NCBI GenBank assembly: GCA_964351885.1
Contig: CAYGPP010000001.1
Location: 95,911 to 159,910, forward strand
DNA: 64,000 nt
DNA from: an uncultured Marinoscillum sp.
GTDB lineage: Bacteria; Bacteroidota; Bacteroidia; Cytophagales; Cyclobacteriaceae
Direction: 5' to 3'
Part shown: piece by piece, positions 29,894 to 40,442 of the stretch
Numbering within the stretch: the first letter of the stretch is position 1
Layout of the letters: the number at the start of each line of letters is the position of its first letter
Notes under the pieces: generated by a model
The model's input: the letters and a program-made list of their open reading frames with translations, nothing else
The model's database searches: none
What the model was told of the DNA's origin: nothing
Program-made: the position numbers and the translations under genes

Positions 29894-30531
29894 AGTTGAG
29901 AAACTACAGATTTCTTAGGGATGATTACTCGCCACATTCCTCTCAGATCTCCTGTGTAATAATCTTTGGCCATGTCACTAGGGTATCTCTCTTTTAGAAT
30001 AGCATTTGTACTTTCGGAAATTTCTGTTCCAACAGCGCCATGACAATTCAGACATAAAGTAGATGAGATAAGGATTGGCTTGGTTACGATCAGGCTTTCT
30101 TTATCGAACTCTTGCACATGAGTACCACTCACAGTTGGCGCATATTCATACGCTTCCCAAATTTCTTTTTCGAGATCGTTGAGTTGGTTTTTGGGGTTTC
30201 GAGGCTTATCTGTTACTCTAGAAATGGAAACACCGAGGCTGTCTTCTAGCTGCTTAATAATATCCATTGCCTGCAGGTTACAGAAATCTATTGCTCCTTC
30301 TATTCCATTAATTACTATGGCACGCTTTAATTGATGCTGATACTCTAAGGTGGCGGCCTCAATGACTTCTTTTCCAAGTTTTTCTCCCGCCGCTATTAGG
30401 TCGGCAGGTAAAATGCGTTTCAATTCTCGCTTCTCTCTTTCCTTAGTATAAGCTGTTCTATCCACAGGTTTCTCTGGAGAGCAGGATAATATAAAACAAA
30501 CCAATAAAAGAGTACTAATTGAAAGGCGCAT
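29890..30531 (-). CDS. DUF3365-like lipoprotein with c-type haem motif
   Basis: Lipobox ILSCS, a CLNCH (CxxCH) site, and the C-terminal GDLRGMWRV motif typical of the Tll0287-like domain. Confidence 0.6.
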   Translation of the reverse strand: MRLSISTLLLVCFILSCSPEKPVDRTAYTKEREKRELKRILPADLIAAGEKLGKEVIEAATLEYQHQLKRAIVINGIEGAIDFCNLQAMDIIKQLEDSLGVSISRVTDKPRNPKNQLNDLEKEIWEAYEYAPTVSGTHVQEFDKESLIVTKPILISSTLCLNCHGAVGTEISESTNAILKERYPSDMAKDYYTGDLRGMWRVIIPKKSVVSQL

Positions 30532-30578
30532 GAAAGTCTTTGTGCTTTGTTAATTTTGCAAACTAAAGTTAGAAAGAG

Positions 30579-31652
30579 ATGATCGATAAACTTGAGGCAA
30601 TCAAGAAAAGGTTTGAGGAGGTAAGTCAACTCATCGTTCAGCCGGATGCTATGTCCGACATGAAGCAATATGCCAAGCTCAATAAGGAGTATAGAGATTT
30701 GGAGAAAATTGTTAATAAATACACGGAATATAGTACCACACTAGATAATCTGCAGGGAGCAAAAGAGGTATTGGAAACAGAGAAGGACGAGGATTTTAGG
30801 GGAATGGCCAAGCAGGAGATAGATGATCTTTCTCCATTGAAAGAAGAACTCGAGGAAGAACTGAAGTTTATGCTCATTCCCAAGGATCCGAATGACAGTA
30901 AAAATGTGATATTGGAAATCAGAGCCGGTACGGGCGGAGACGAAGCGGCAATATTTGCCGGGGATTTATTCAAAATGTACCAACAATTTGCAGCTAATCA
31001 AGGCTGGACTTTTACGGTGATCAGTGTAAATGAAGGCTCCGCTGGAGGATTTAAAGAGATAGTAAGCAGTGTGGAGGGCGAAGATGTTTTCGCAAAACTA
31101 AAATTTGAGTCAGGAGCACACCGTGTTCAGAGAGTCCCTCAAACGGAATCACAAGGACGAGTACATACATCAGCGGCTACTGTAGCTGTAATGCCGGAAG
31201 CGGAAGAAGTGGATGTGGAACTCAATATGGGAGATATAAGGAAAGATACCTTTAGAGCTTCTGGAGCTGGAGGTCAGCATATCAACAAAACGGAATCAGC
31301 AATAAGGTTGACGCATGCGCCATCAGGGTTGGTTGTAGAGTGTCAAGATGGTCGATCCCAACACGCAAATTACGACAAGGCACTCAAAGTGCTTCGATCA
31401 AGGTTGTATGAAATGGAGTTGAAGAAGCATAATGATGAAATAAGCTCACAGCGAAAATCTATGGTAGGATCAGGAGATCGATCGGACAAGATTCGTACTT
31501 ATAATTACCCACAAGGCAGAGTTACGGACCACCGAATCAATCATACTGTTTATAATCTCAACAATATAATGGGAGGAGAAGTGGACGAGTTTATTGAAAA
31601 ACTGAGGATAGCTGAAAACACAGAACTACTTCAATCAGAAAATCAAGACTAA
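30579..31652 (+). CDS. prfA: peptide chain release factor 1
   Basis: GGQ motif SGAGGQHINK and RF1-type PxT tripeptide (RVPQTESQGRVHTS). TAATTTTG -7-like box at 30551-30558. Confidence 0.95.
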   Translation: MIDKLEAIKKRFEEVSQLIVQPDAMSDMKQYAKLNKEYRDLEKIVNKYTEYSTTLDNLQGAKEVLETEKDEDFRGMAKQEIDDLSPLKEELEEELKFMLIPKDPNDSKNVILEIRAGTGGDEAAIFAGDLFKMYQQFAANQGWTFTVISVNEGSAGGFKEIVSSVEGEDVFAKLKFESGAHRVQRVPQTESQGRVHTSAATVAVMPEAEEVDVELNMGDIRKDTFRASGAGGQHINKTESAIRLTHAPSGLVVECQDGRSQHANYDKALKVLRSRLYEMELKKHNDEISSQRKSMVGSGDRSDKIRTYNYPQGRVTDHRINHTVYNLNNIMGGEVDEFIEKLRIAENTELLQSENQD

Positions 31653-31680
31653 ATATTGAAATGACCCGTTGGTCTTGGAG

Positions 31681-33096
31681 ATGAAGTACTTTATTCCACT
31701 TTTGCTTTTTACGTCCTTCCTTTTTATCGCTTGTGAGCTTGAGGAGGAGCAAATCACATCCTCTCAAGATGTGCGGTTACTTTTTAGCACTGATACTGTT
31801 TTGTTTGACACACTACTTTCGTCTAGAACCAGTATTACTAAACGGTTGCGAATATTTAATCCAAACCGAAAAGCAGTCAGGATAGATGAGATAAAAATGG
31901 GAGGAGGAGGACGTTCTGGGTTTTCCATGATTGTCAATGGTAAATCTGGAGTACGTGTACGAGATGAAGTGCTGAACGGAGGAGACAGTTTATTGATTTT
32001 GGTCGATGTTCTTATCGATCCTCAGGATAGAAACTTACCATACTTAGTGAAAGATTCATTGTTGGTAAGCTGGGGAAAATATGAGGCATTTGTGCGACTA
32101 GTGGCTTTTGGACAAGATGCAAATTTTATCAATTCACAATCTATTTGTAATGAGATATGGACAGCAGATCGTCCTTATGTGATTTATAATTCCGCAGTAG
32201 TAGCGGAGAATTGTAGTCTGACAATAGAGCCAGGAACGAAAGTTTTTTTGGACAATGGTGCTTCTCTTTTGGTAGAGGGCACCTTGCAATTGCAGGGGGA
32301 CAGCACAAATCGTATTACAGTTCGGAATACCCGTTTTGATGAAGATTACCTAGAAGCTCCTGGTCAGTGGAATGGAATAATATTTCTGGAGACCAGTCGA
32401 AACAATGTCGTGAGCTATGCTGATATAGAAAATGGACAAATCGGTCTGGGTGTTGGTTATTCTATTTTTACAGGAGATGGGAATCTTTTTATCCTTCCTG
32501 AGAAATCTGAACAACAAGTAGACTTACAAATTGATCACACGAGTATCAGGCATATGTCTACTGCGGGGGTGTTGGCTTTTTCTTCGAATGTTTATGCTTA
32601 CAATACAGAAATATATAATGTAGGAGGGTTTTTGTTTGGAGGATTTGCTGGAGGTAATTATCAATTGGAACATTGTACACTGACCAATTCTTCCAGCTTC
32701 TTCATCAATGATGATCCTATGGTTCAATTCTCGAATAATCTGGAACACCCTGATGGAGAGTTGTTGCTAGAAAATCTATCGCTCTCTATGACCAATAGCA
32801 TTATTTGGGGAGAAGGAGCAGAGCAACTTTTCATTAGTGATGCGGATGACGCGACCATAGACACTACACTAGTGTCAAACATCATCAAATCAGAAATGAA
32901 ATGGACCAATAACTTCACTTCTCAGGAGCGAAATTTTCCTGGCTTCATCGATCCGTTTACTTTTGATTTCCAATTGGATTCTCTAGCTTTTGCTAGAGAT
33001 AAGGCAGTAGAGTCATTGATATTAGATGACTTAAAAGGAGTTTCTCGAGATAGTCAACCAGACATAGGCGCATTCGAGAGAATAGATCAGAAATGA
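31681..33096 (+). CDS. hypothetical lipoprotein, probable right-handed beta-helix
   Basis: The track begins at TTG 31669. ATG 31681 gives a canonical lipoprotein signal (MKYFIPLLLFTSFLFIAC). Repetitive G/N-rich beta-strand pattern. Confidence 0.6.
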   Translation: MKYFIPLLLFTSFLFIACELEEEQITSSQDVRLLFSTDTVLFDTLLSSRTSITKRLRIFNPNRKAVRIDEIKMGGGGRSGFSMIVNGKSGVRVRDEVLNGGDSLLILVDVLIDPQDRNLPYLVKDSLLVSWGKYEAFVRLVAFGQDANFINSQSICNEIWTADRPYVIYNSAVVAENCSLTIEPGTKVFLDNGASLLVEGTLQLQGDSTNRITVRNTRFDEDYLEAPGQWNGIIFLETSRNNVVSYADIENGQIGLGVGYSIFTGDGNLFILPEKSEQQVDLQIDHTSIRHMSTAGVLAFSSNVYAYNTEIYNVGGFLFGGFAGGNYQLEHCTLTNSSSFFINDDPMVQFSNNLEHPDGELLLENLSLSMTNSIIWGEGAEQLFISDADDATIDTTLVSNIIKSEMKWTNNFTSQERNFPGFIDPFTFDFQLDSLAFARDKAVESLILDDLKGVSRDSQPDIGAFERIDQK

Positions 33097-33515
33097 AAAC
33101 GTTCCAGAAAACACTTCGATTAAGTGCCTATTCAAGGGGATTTCATTTAATTACCAGTGAGGTAACCAAGGCTCTACCTGAGATCAAAGAAATAGATGTT
33201 GGGATGTTGCAGGTATTTATCCAACATACATCCGCTTCCCTAACTATCAATGAGAATGCCGATCCCACAGTACGATCGGATTTTGAATCTCATATGAACG
33301 AGATGATTCCTGAAAACGCGAGTTATTATCAACATACTTATGAAGGGCCTGACGATATGCCAGCTCACATCAAAGCTTCATTACTTGGGTCATCGGTTCA
33401 AATCCCTATCACCAATGGACGCTTAAATCTTGGGACATGGCAGGGAATATACCTATGCGAACATCGGAACTATGGAGGATCTCGCAACCTTGTGCTGACT
33501 GCTTGGGGAAATTAG
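33093..33515 (+). CDS. yjbQ: YjbQ/UPF0047 family secondary thiamine-phosphate synthase-like protein
   Basis: HTSASLTINENADP...DDMPAHIKASLLG...GTWQGIYLCEHR. ATGA overlap with the upstream gene. Confidence 0.85.
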   Translation: MKTFQKTLRLSAYSRGFHLITSEVTKALPEIKEIDVGMLQVFIQHTSASLTINENADPTVRSDFESHMNEMIPENASYYQHTYEGPDDMPAHIKASLLGSSVQIPITNGRLNLGTWQGIYLCEHRNYGGSRNLVLTAWGN

Positions 33516-33598
33516 CCTTGAGGCAAAGAAGCACTCACCACTAAGAATTGATGCCTCAATAGAAGAGTATTTTGGCTAGCGAATAACTAGTAAGGATG

Positions 33599-34528
33599 CT
33601 ATAAAACTTTTGACTTTTTCTTTGTTACTCCTTTGAGTTTTTTGAGAGGAAGCTTCTTTATCCTTCCTCCACGTATATCCTTCACTTTAGACATTACAAG
33701 GAAGGCACTTGGATCGATCATATCGATTTGGGCCTCCAGTCTCGATACCTCCAAACGCGTGATCACAGTATATAAAATATTGGTTTCGGCAGCTTTCTTT
33801 TGCTCTAGACTAAAGCCTTTGCTTCCATGGTATATGGTAGCTCCCCGACGTAAGTCTGTAAGGATCATTTGTCGAATTTTAATGTGCTTATCAGAGATGA
33901 TTGTGACTCCAATGTATTCTTCAAAACCCTCCAAAATGAAATCCACCGTTCTCGAAGCTGCGAAATATGTAATGACAGAATAAAGTGCTGTTTCTACTGA
34001 GATCAAATATGCCGCGACTGTAAAGATGATTACGTTAAAGACCAGAATAAGCTCTCCAACTGAAAAGCCAATTTTCTTACCAAGGTATATTGCTAAAACC
34101 TCTGTTCCGTCGATGATTGCTCCACCCCGTATGGAAAAGCCGATTCCCATACCAAGAAATAACCCGCCAAATACAGCGACAAGGAGCGGCTCTTCGGTAA
34201 TTACCGGAAAGTGAAAATGATAAACTACAAGAGCTAAGAGGGAAATACTCAGAAAACTTTTTATTGCGAAGCTCCTGCCAATTTGCTTCCAACCCATGAT
34301 GAGAAATGGGATGTTGATTAGGAAGATGTATATCGAAGGTCGACCTTCTGTTACTACCGCCAAGAGGAGTGAAATACCCGTAACACCTCCATCCAACACA
34401 TCGTTTGGCAACAGAAAACTTTCAAGCCCAATCACCGCACAACCCACGCCAACAAGCATCATAAAGGCATCCTTAATGAGCTGGCGAACTCTGATTTTGA
34501 ATGTGTTCGGTTCTAGTAATTCTGACAT
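33599..34528 (-). CDS. YitT family membrane protein (DUF2179 C-terminal domain)
   Basis: Multi-pass N-terminus with LPNDVLDGGVTGISLL, followed by a soluble DUF2179-like tail. Confidence 0.85.
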   Translation of the reverse strand: MSELLEPNTFKIRVRQLIKDAFMMLVGVGCAVIGLESFLLPNDVLDGGVTGISLLLAVVTEGRPSIYIFLINIPFLIMGWKQIGRSFAIKSFLSISLLALVVYHFHFPVITEEPLLVAVFGGLFLGMGIGFSIRGGAIIDGTEVLAIYLGKKIGFSVGELILVFNVIIFTVAAYLISVETALYSVITYFAASRTVDFILEGFEEYIGVTIISDKHIKIRQMILTDLRRGATIYHGSKGFSLEQKKAAETNILYTVITRLEVSRLEAQIDMIDPSAFLVMSKVKDIRGGRIKKLPLKKLKGVTKKKSKVL

Positions 34529-34733
34529 GCGGCAAAAGTACGCTTAACGATTAATATAATTCGTGGAATATTCAACTGGTGGGTTCTTTTTGATAACCCG
34601 ACAAGTCTTTTATCATAATCAAACTAGGAAAGCTATTAAAGAGCGAGTGCCACATTATAATAGAAGATCACACGATGGCTGAACATTGATTAAAGAGGAA
34701 AGGCAAGGTGTAAAACCATAGGTTAATGATGGT

Positions 34734-35777
34734 CTAATTCAATTCTAAAATGACAACTTTATCATCCATAACAGTTCCTACAAAAACCTTTTCCTTGTGA
34801 GGAACAGCCACAGTGGATGACGATATGTTTTGACCATCGTCCACAAAGACAGACTCCAATTCATAATGGCCTTTGTCCTTATAATCGATTTTAATAATCT
34901 CAGATGGTGAGATTGGGCTATTGCCTTTGGAGTAACTAGCAAAGGTGAGCAAGTTTGGGTGGCACCCGATCCAGAGATTTCCAAGTTCATCAAACTCTAT
35001 GTTGTCCACCCCAGTGCCAGTCGGGATGTCCTCAACGAATGATAATGATTTGTCAGAATTAATCTTAAAAACTTTCAACAGGAAATTACGAGGAGAAGCA
35101 ACGAACATTAAGTTCCGTTCTTGATCGATATTGATACCATTTGCATAGGCTATGCCGGATGCAACTGCACTGTAAGTATAACCATTGAAGTAAACAATTC
35201 CCGATTTCTTAAGACCAAGATAATCCTCCAAAATGCGCATGAACCCAGGTTGGTAATGATGATCATTCGTGAAGTAAAAACTTACTGGAGAATCAGCAAT
35301 AATATCATTTGGGCTAACCAATGATTTATCCTTCAAAGTCTCTTGGTGAGTTAATGTGCCGTTATTCAATAAAAACCTCTCAATGGTATGCTTACCATCG
35401 AAATGGTTAATAACCAAAAGTTGATAGCCAGAGTCGAGTTTGAGAAGAGATATACCATGGGGATAAAACGGCTTTGCGAATTTGAAATCCAGCAGTCTTG
35501 AAGAATATGGCTGGGCAGTTAAGTCTACATAATACAGTCCACCTTGTATCGGTATTCCGTCTCTTCGAGAGGCACGATCATCTGAGGAGATAATGATAAA
35601 ATTATCACTACGACTGATAGCAATATCTTCTGCCCCGCTGATACGTAAATTCTGAATAATTTTATCCGTGTTCTTTGAAATAATTTTTCTAAAAAAGCCT
35701 CCTGAATACAAGATGTTTAGAACTAATGCCGCAAATAGTATAATGACTATGGAAAGAAAGATCAATACTTTTTTCAT
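34734..35777 (-). CDS. paraoxonase/arylesterase-like (SMP-30/gluconolactonase/strictosidine-synthase fold) protein
   Basis: N-terminal anchor, GAEDIAI...ISSDDR, and a beta-propeller-like repeat pattern resembling the PON family. Confidence 0.5.
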   Translation of the reverse strand: MKKVLIFLSIVIILFAALVLNILYSGGFFRKIISKNTDKIIQNLRISGAEDIAISRSDNFIIISSDDRASRRDGIPIQGGLYYVDLTAQPYSSRLLDFKFAKPFYPHGISLLKLDSGYQLLVINHFDGKHTIERFLLNNGTLTHQETLKDKSLVSPNDIIADSPVSFYFTNDHHYQPGFMRILEDYLGLKKSGIVYFNGYTYSAVASGIAYANGINIDQERNLMFVASPRNFLLKVFKINSDKSLSFVEDIPTGTGVDNIEFDELGNLWIGCHPNLLTFASYSKGNSPISPSEIIKIDYKDKGHYELESVFVDDGQNISSSTVAVPHKEKVFVGTVMDDKVVILELN

Positions 35778-35825
35778 ATCTCTAAATTTAGTCTGTTCTG
35801 TATTGAAAATCCCTGTTAATATTCA

Positions 35826-36326
35826 ATGACTAATCATTATCAAGACCTAGATTTACATGATAATCTAGTAATTAGCATGAGAATAGAAGAGGAAATAAGA
35901 GTAGAGGCGTTTGTCTCCGAGCGACATAAGCTTAGCACTAATTTGATATACACGCATTATTGGGCCTATGATAGATTACAGGAGTTATATGGAAAATTTG
36001 AGTTGACTCCCCAGCAGCATAATGTGTTACGAATTCTCAGAAGCGCTTTTCCTCACTCCTTTACTACTTCTCAAATTCTGGATCGAATGATGGAGAAAAA
36101 TGCTGGAGTTTCAAGAATAGTTGATCGTTTGGTAAAAAAAGAGTTGGTACTTAAGGAAGTTTCGAAAACAGACAAAAGACTTGTGGATATCACTATTTCT
36201 TACAAAGGACATGCGCTTTGTGAGCATATGGATGAAGAACGAGAACGAATAGACTCGATTTATCAAAACCTGACAGAGAACGAAACGGAGCAATTAAATA
36301 ATCTCCTAGACAAGCTTCGGGGATGA
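35826..36326 (+). CDS. MarR family transcriptional regulator
   Basis: Winged-HTH region TSQILDRMMEKNAGVSRIVDRLVKKELVLKEVSKTDKRLVDI. Confidence 0.8.
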   Translation: MTNHYQDLDLHDNLVISMRIEEEIRVEAFVSERHKLSTNLIYTHYWAYDRLQELYGKFELTPQQHNVLRILRSAFPHSFTTSQILDRMMEKNAGVSRIVDRLVKKELVLKEVSKTDKRLVDITISYKGHALCEHMDEERERIDSIYQNLTENETEQLNNLLDKLRG

Positions 36327-37291
36327 AAGCAGCTGTAACAACCAAAGCCGGACTGCCGTCGGTCATTGAAATAAGAGAGGTTTCTAAACCAATAGTCAAA
36401 GAAGGTTGGGTTCTTATCAAAGTGAAAGCTTTTGGGCTAAATCGTTCTGAGATGTTTACCAGAAAAGGAGACTCTCCAGGAGTTGAGTTTCCTAGAATCC
36501 AAGGAATTGAGTGTGCAGGGTTTGTTGAAGAAGACCCAAGTTCGACTTATAAAAAGGGACAAAAAGTCATTGCCCTTATGGGTGGAATGGGACGGTTTTT
36601 TGATGGAGGTTATGCCGAGTACACATTAGTCCCGAAAGAGGTTGTTATTCCTTTTAAGAGTGATTTGCCATGGAAAGTTGTAGGTGCTTTACCTGAGATG
36701 TTTCAAACTGTATATGGATCACTTAATCAAGCGCTTGAGATCAAGAAAGACGAAACTTTATTAATTAGAGGAGGAACATCCTCTATTGGAATGATGGCTT
36801 GCCAACTAGCCAAACATCAGGGACTTACTGTTATTTCGACTACACGAAACCCAGCTAAAGTCCAGTTTCTAAAAGAAAATGGAGCGGATCATGTTATAAT
36901 TGACAATGGGGAAATAGCGGAATTGGTTAGAAATATACTCCCTGAGGGAGTCAATAAAGTTTTGGAACTAGTAGGAACAGTAACCCTTAAGGATTCTCTT
37001 AAGTGTATCAGCAAAGGGGGTACGGTCTGTATGACTGGCATCCTTGGTAACGAGTGGACTTTGAAGGATTTCTCCCCAATGGGAGATATTCCATCATTGG
37101 GTAAATTGACGATGTATTCTGGTGAAGCATCGAATTTGACTGTTGATGCGTTGAATGAATTTCTTACCGCAGTAGAGAGTGGTGAGATTAACCCAAATAT
37201 TGATCGTGTATTTTCTTTGGATCAAATAGTAGAGGCTCATGAATACATGGAAAGCAATGCTGCAAAAGGCAAGCTCCTAGTGCTTACATAA
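36323..37291 (+). CDS. zinc-type alcohol dehydrogenase / NADPH:quinone oxidoreductase family protein
   Basis: MDR-fold N-terminus, Rossmann GGTSSIGMMACQLAK, ATGA overlap with the MarR gene. Confidence 0.85.
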   Translation: MKAAVTTKAGLPSVIEIREVSKPIVKEGWVLIKVKAFGLNRSEMFTRKGDSPGVEFPRIQGIECAGFVEEDPSSTYKKGQKVIALMGGMGRFFDGGYAEYTLVPKEVVIPFKSDLPWKVVGALPEMFQTVYGSLNQALEIKKDETLLIRGGTSSIGMMACQLAKHQGLTVISTTRNPAKVQFLKENGADHVIIDNGEIAELVRNILPEGVNKVLELVGTVTLKDSLKCISKGGTVCMTGILGNEWTLKDFSPMGDIPSLGKLTMYSGEASNLTVDALNEFLTAVESGEINPNIDRVFSLDQIVEAHEYMESNAAKGKLLVLT

Positions 37292-37384
37292 TTTTCCTTT
37301 AGGCTTTTAGTCCTGATTGGGACATTGCTGATTGTCATATTAAACCTTTAATTTGATCTGCGTTAGATCAAACTAAAAACATTG

Positions 37385-38773
37385 ATGACTGCACTAACCA
37401 CGCTCCAAGAAATCCCTGAGTTTAAGAATGTACCCAAGTCGCAGCTGCAATGGCTACTAGATGAAGGAGAAATCAAGACTTATGATACTGGAGGGCTGAT
37501 ATTTCAGCCTGGAGATTCTATTGATTCTCTCATTATTATTCTGGAAGGTCAAGCCGTAATCAAAGCAAAGCAAGGCAATCAATTTAGAAAGGTGGCCACC
37601 CTAGAGAAATATGCCATCACCGGCAATTTGCCTTATTCGAGAGCAGACAAGGCTTTTGGTTATGCTGAGGTAACTAATTCCACTACAACGCTGATGTTAC
37701 CAAAAACTAAGTTTCGAGAGATGATTGTTGATAATGTAGAGCTGACTACAGCACTAGTACATACTATGAGTAGTAGGATAAGGGATTTCACAAAGTCACA
37801 ACAACAAAATGACAAGATGATGGCGCTTGGTAAGCTTTCCGCCGGGCTCGCACATGAACTTAATAATCCATCCGCCGCAATTTTAAGAAGTGCTCAAAAC
37901 CTCGGAAAGCATTTGAAGCAGATTCCGGAAGGGTTTAAAAAGGTGATAAAAATCACGATGACAGACGAGCAAGTGGATATTGCCAATAAGATTTTGTTTG
38001 ATAAAATGTCTTCAGAGAAGCCTAAGTTGAGCATGATGGAGAAGTCATCTCTAGAAGATGAACTGCTTGATTGGTTAGAGGAGAACGAAATTGAAGATGC
38101 CGAAGAGGTTGCAGAAAACCTTGCTGCCTTTGGTTTTGACATGGACGATATGGATAAGATCGCTACTCAAGTACAGTCGAAGGATTTGCAGCCAGTCATT
38201 CATTGGTTCAACCAAATGCTTGTCACGGATAGTTTGGTTGATGAAATTAAGGATGCTTCGCAGCGAATTAATACGCTAGTCACTTCCGTGAAAAGCTATA
38301 CCCATATGGATCAGGCTCCAGAGAAAAAGGCAACTGATGTGCATATTGGACTTGACAACACCTTGGCAATGCTCAACCATAAAATCAAAAAGAATCAAAT
38401 CAAGGTTCGAAAGGAATTTGATTTCGAAATAGCTAAACCGTGCATATTGGTAAGTGAAATGAATCAAGTTTGGACGAATGTTATCGATAATGCCATTGAT
38501 GCAATGGAAGAATCAGAAACCAAGGAACTAACGATTCGAACAGTTCAGGACGGTCAGTTCGTAAATGTTTTCATAGCAGATTCAGGCTCTGGAATCCCCG
38601 AGTCTGCACAAGGAAAGGTTTTTGATCCATTCTTTACTACAAAATCAATTGGTCAAGGAACAGGTCTGGGAATGGAGGTTGTCCATCAGATTGTTACACA
38701 GCACAATGGTTCAATCACTTTTGAAACTGAGCCGGGAAAAACAGAATTCAAAATTTGCATTCCTATCAAATAA
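37385..38773 (+). CDS. cyclic-nucleotide-binding domain sensor histidine kinase
   Basis: N-terminal cNMP-binding beta-roll (aa ~20-130), H-box LSAGLAHELNNPSAA, N-box NVIDNAIDA, G1 ADSGSGI, G2 GTGLGM. ATG 37385 preferred over TTG 37382. Confidence 0.85.
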   Translation: MTALTTLQEIPEFKNVPKSQLQWLLDEGEIKTYDTGGLIFQPGDSIDSLIIILEGQAVIKAKQGNQFRKVATLEKYAITGNLPYSRADKAFGYAEVTNSTTTLMLPKTKFREMIVDNVELTTALVHTMSSRIRDFTKSQQQNDKMMALGKLSAGLAHELNNPSAAILRSAQNLGKHLKQIPEGFKKVIKITMTDEQVDIANKILFDKMSSEKPKLSMMEKSSLEDELLDWLEENEIEDAEEVAENLAAFGFDMDDMDKIATQVQSKDLQPVIHWFNQMLVTDSLVDEIKDASQRINTLVTSVKSYTHMDQAPEKKATDVHIGLDNTLAMLNHKIKKNQIKVRKEFDFEIAKPCILVSEMNQVWTNVIDNAIDAMEESETKELTIRTVQDGQFVNVFIADSGSGIPESAQGKVFDPFFTTKSIGQGTGLGMEVVHQIVTQHNGSITFETEPGKTEFKICIPIK

Positions 38774-38776
38774 GTT

Positions 38777-40438
38777 ATGAAAAAGCCAATCATATTTCTA
38801 ATCGATGATGATCCTGCTGTACTCAAAGCGGTCACCAGAGATATCAGATCGGAGTACAGAAGTAATTATAAAATACTAGCAACTGAGTCTGCTAAAGAAG
38901 GGTTAGAAGCTCTCAGAGATTTGAAGAATAAAGGCGATGTTGTGGCTCTTTTTATCTCAGACCAGAAGATGCCAGAGATGCTTGGAGTAGAGTTTTTGGA
39001 GCAAGCCAAAACATTTTACCCTGAGGCTAAAAGAATATTATTGACAGCCTACTCTGATACCGACGCTGCAATCAAAGCAATCAATGATGTGCAACTTGAT
39101 TATTATCTCATGAAGCCTTGGGATCCGCCAGAGGAGAAGCTTTATCCTGTGATCAATGATCAATTAGATGAGTGGCAGAATAATTACCGACCAGAATTCG
39201 AAGGGATAAAAATTATCGGTTTTCAATGGTCGCCAAAATCTCATCATATCAAGGATTTCCTATCCGGAAACTTGATTCCATATCAATGGCTGGATATAGA
39301 AAGTTCAGAAGAGGCAGATCAACTTACCCAAATCAATGCGATTGAGCGTGCGGATCTTCCTGTCGTATTCTTTGAAGATGGCAGCTATCTTAAGAACCCT
39401 ACGCTTACGGAAATAGGGAATAAAACAGGGATGAATGTTCAGGCGAAGCAAAAAATGTACGATGTTGCCATCATTGGTGCAGGACCAGCAGGGTTAGCAT
39501 CAGCTGTATATGGAGGATCGGAAGGGCTCAATACCTTGCTAATCGAAAAGAGAGCTCCAGGAGGACAGGCTGGAACTAGCTCGAGGATTGAGAATTATCT
39601 CGGTTTCCCAAAAGGACTTAGCGGCGCAGAATTATCTCATCGAGCAATAACTCAAGCAACTCGTTTTGGTATTGAGTTTTTATCTCCTCAAGAAGTTGAG
39701 AAACTAGAGGTGAGGGATAATTATAAGATTTTAACGCTGAAAGACGGGTCTGTTATTAACACCAAAAGTGTGATTGTCACAACGGGCGTGGACTACCGCA
39801 AGCACCCAGCGAAAGGGATAGACGATTTTACCGGTGCGGGTATCTACTATGGCGCTGCGACGACCGAAGCGGGAGCATGTAAGGGTGAAGATGTATACAT
39901 GGTAGGAGGAGGGAATAGTGCCGGTCAGGCAGCCATGTATCTTTCAAAGTTTGCCAAGAATGTATATATCGTGGTTCGCAAACCTGATTTGTCCTCTAGT
40001 ATGTCTCAATATTTGATCGACCAGATTGCTAATACGGACAATATCCATGTGCTCGGTCACACGGAGCTGGTGGAGGTTTTGGGAGAAGACAGGCTTCATT
40101 TCATTGAATTGCAAGACACTCATAGCAAAGAGGTCAAGAAGGTTCCTGCGGCAGCACTATTTATTTTCATTGGGGCAAAACCAATCACGGACTGGCTGCA
40201 ATTATCTTTATTGAAAGATCCAAGAGGCTTTTTGGAGACAGGGAACTCGTTAACCAAGTACGATAATTTCAAAAAAGTATGGAAGCTTGATCGTGAGCCA
40301 TTTTTATTGGAGACCTGTATTCCAGGAATTTTTGCTGCTGGGGATGTAAGAGCCGGCGCTATGAATCGGGTGGCATCAGCAGTGGGAGAAGGTAGCATGG
40401 CTATCAAATTTGTACATGAATATTTAGCAGAAAACTAA
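38777..40438 (+). CDS. fused response regulator (REC) / glutaredoxin-like / thioredoxin-reductase-like flavoprotein
   Basis: REC domain with DD and phospho-acceptor D62 (LFISDQKMP). FAD motif AIIGAGPAGL, NAD(P)H motif MVGGGNSAG, GIFAAGDV. Confidence 0.85.
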   Translation: MKKPIIFLIDDDPAVLKAVTRDIRSEYRSNYKILATESAKEGLEALRDLKNKGDVVALFISDQKMPEMLGVEFLEQAKTFYPEAKRILLTAYSDTDAAIKAINDVQLDYYLMKPWDPPEEKLYPVINDQLDEWQNNYRPEFEGIKIIGFQWSPKSHHIKDFLSGNLIPYQWLDIESSEEADQLTQINAIERADLPVVFFEDGSYLKNPTLTEIGNKTGMNVQAKQKMYDVAIIGAGPAGLASAVYGGSEGLNTLLIEKRAPGGQAGTSSRIENYLGFPKGLSGAELSHRAITQATRFGIEFLSPQEVEKLEVRDNYKILTLKDGSVINTKSVIVTTGVDYRKHPAKGIDDFTGAGIYYGAATTEAGACKGEDVYMVGGGNSAGQAAMYLSKFAKNVYIVVRKPDLSSSMSQYLIDQIANTDNIHVLGHTELVEVLGEDRLHFIELQDTHSKEVKKVPAAALFIFIGAKPITDWLQLSLLKDPRGFLETGNSLTKYDNFKKVWKLDREPFLLETCIPGIFAAGDVRAGAMNRVASAVGEGSMAIKFVHEYLAEN

Positions 40439-40442
40439 AATT

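Noticed and set aside
30579-31652. Checked the release-factor gene for an RF2-type programmed +1 frameshift
   Set aside because: The gene is RF1 (PxT-type tripeptide, single uninterrupted frame), so no frameshift site is expected or seen.
33633-34547. Several ORFs (33633-33983 +, 34026-34214 +, 34077-34292 -, 34296-34547 +) within the YitT gene span
   Set aside because: They are antisense or out of frame relative to the well-supported multi-pass YitT CDS.
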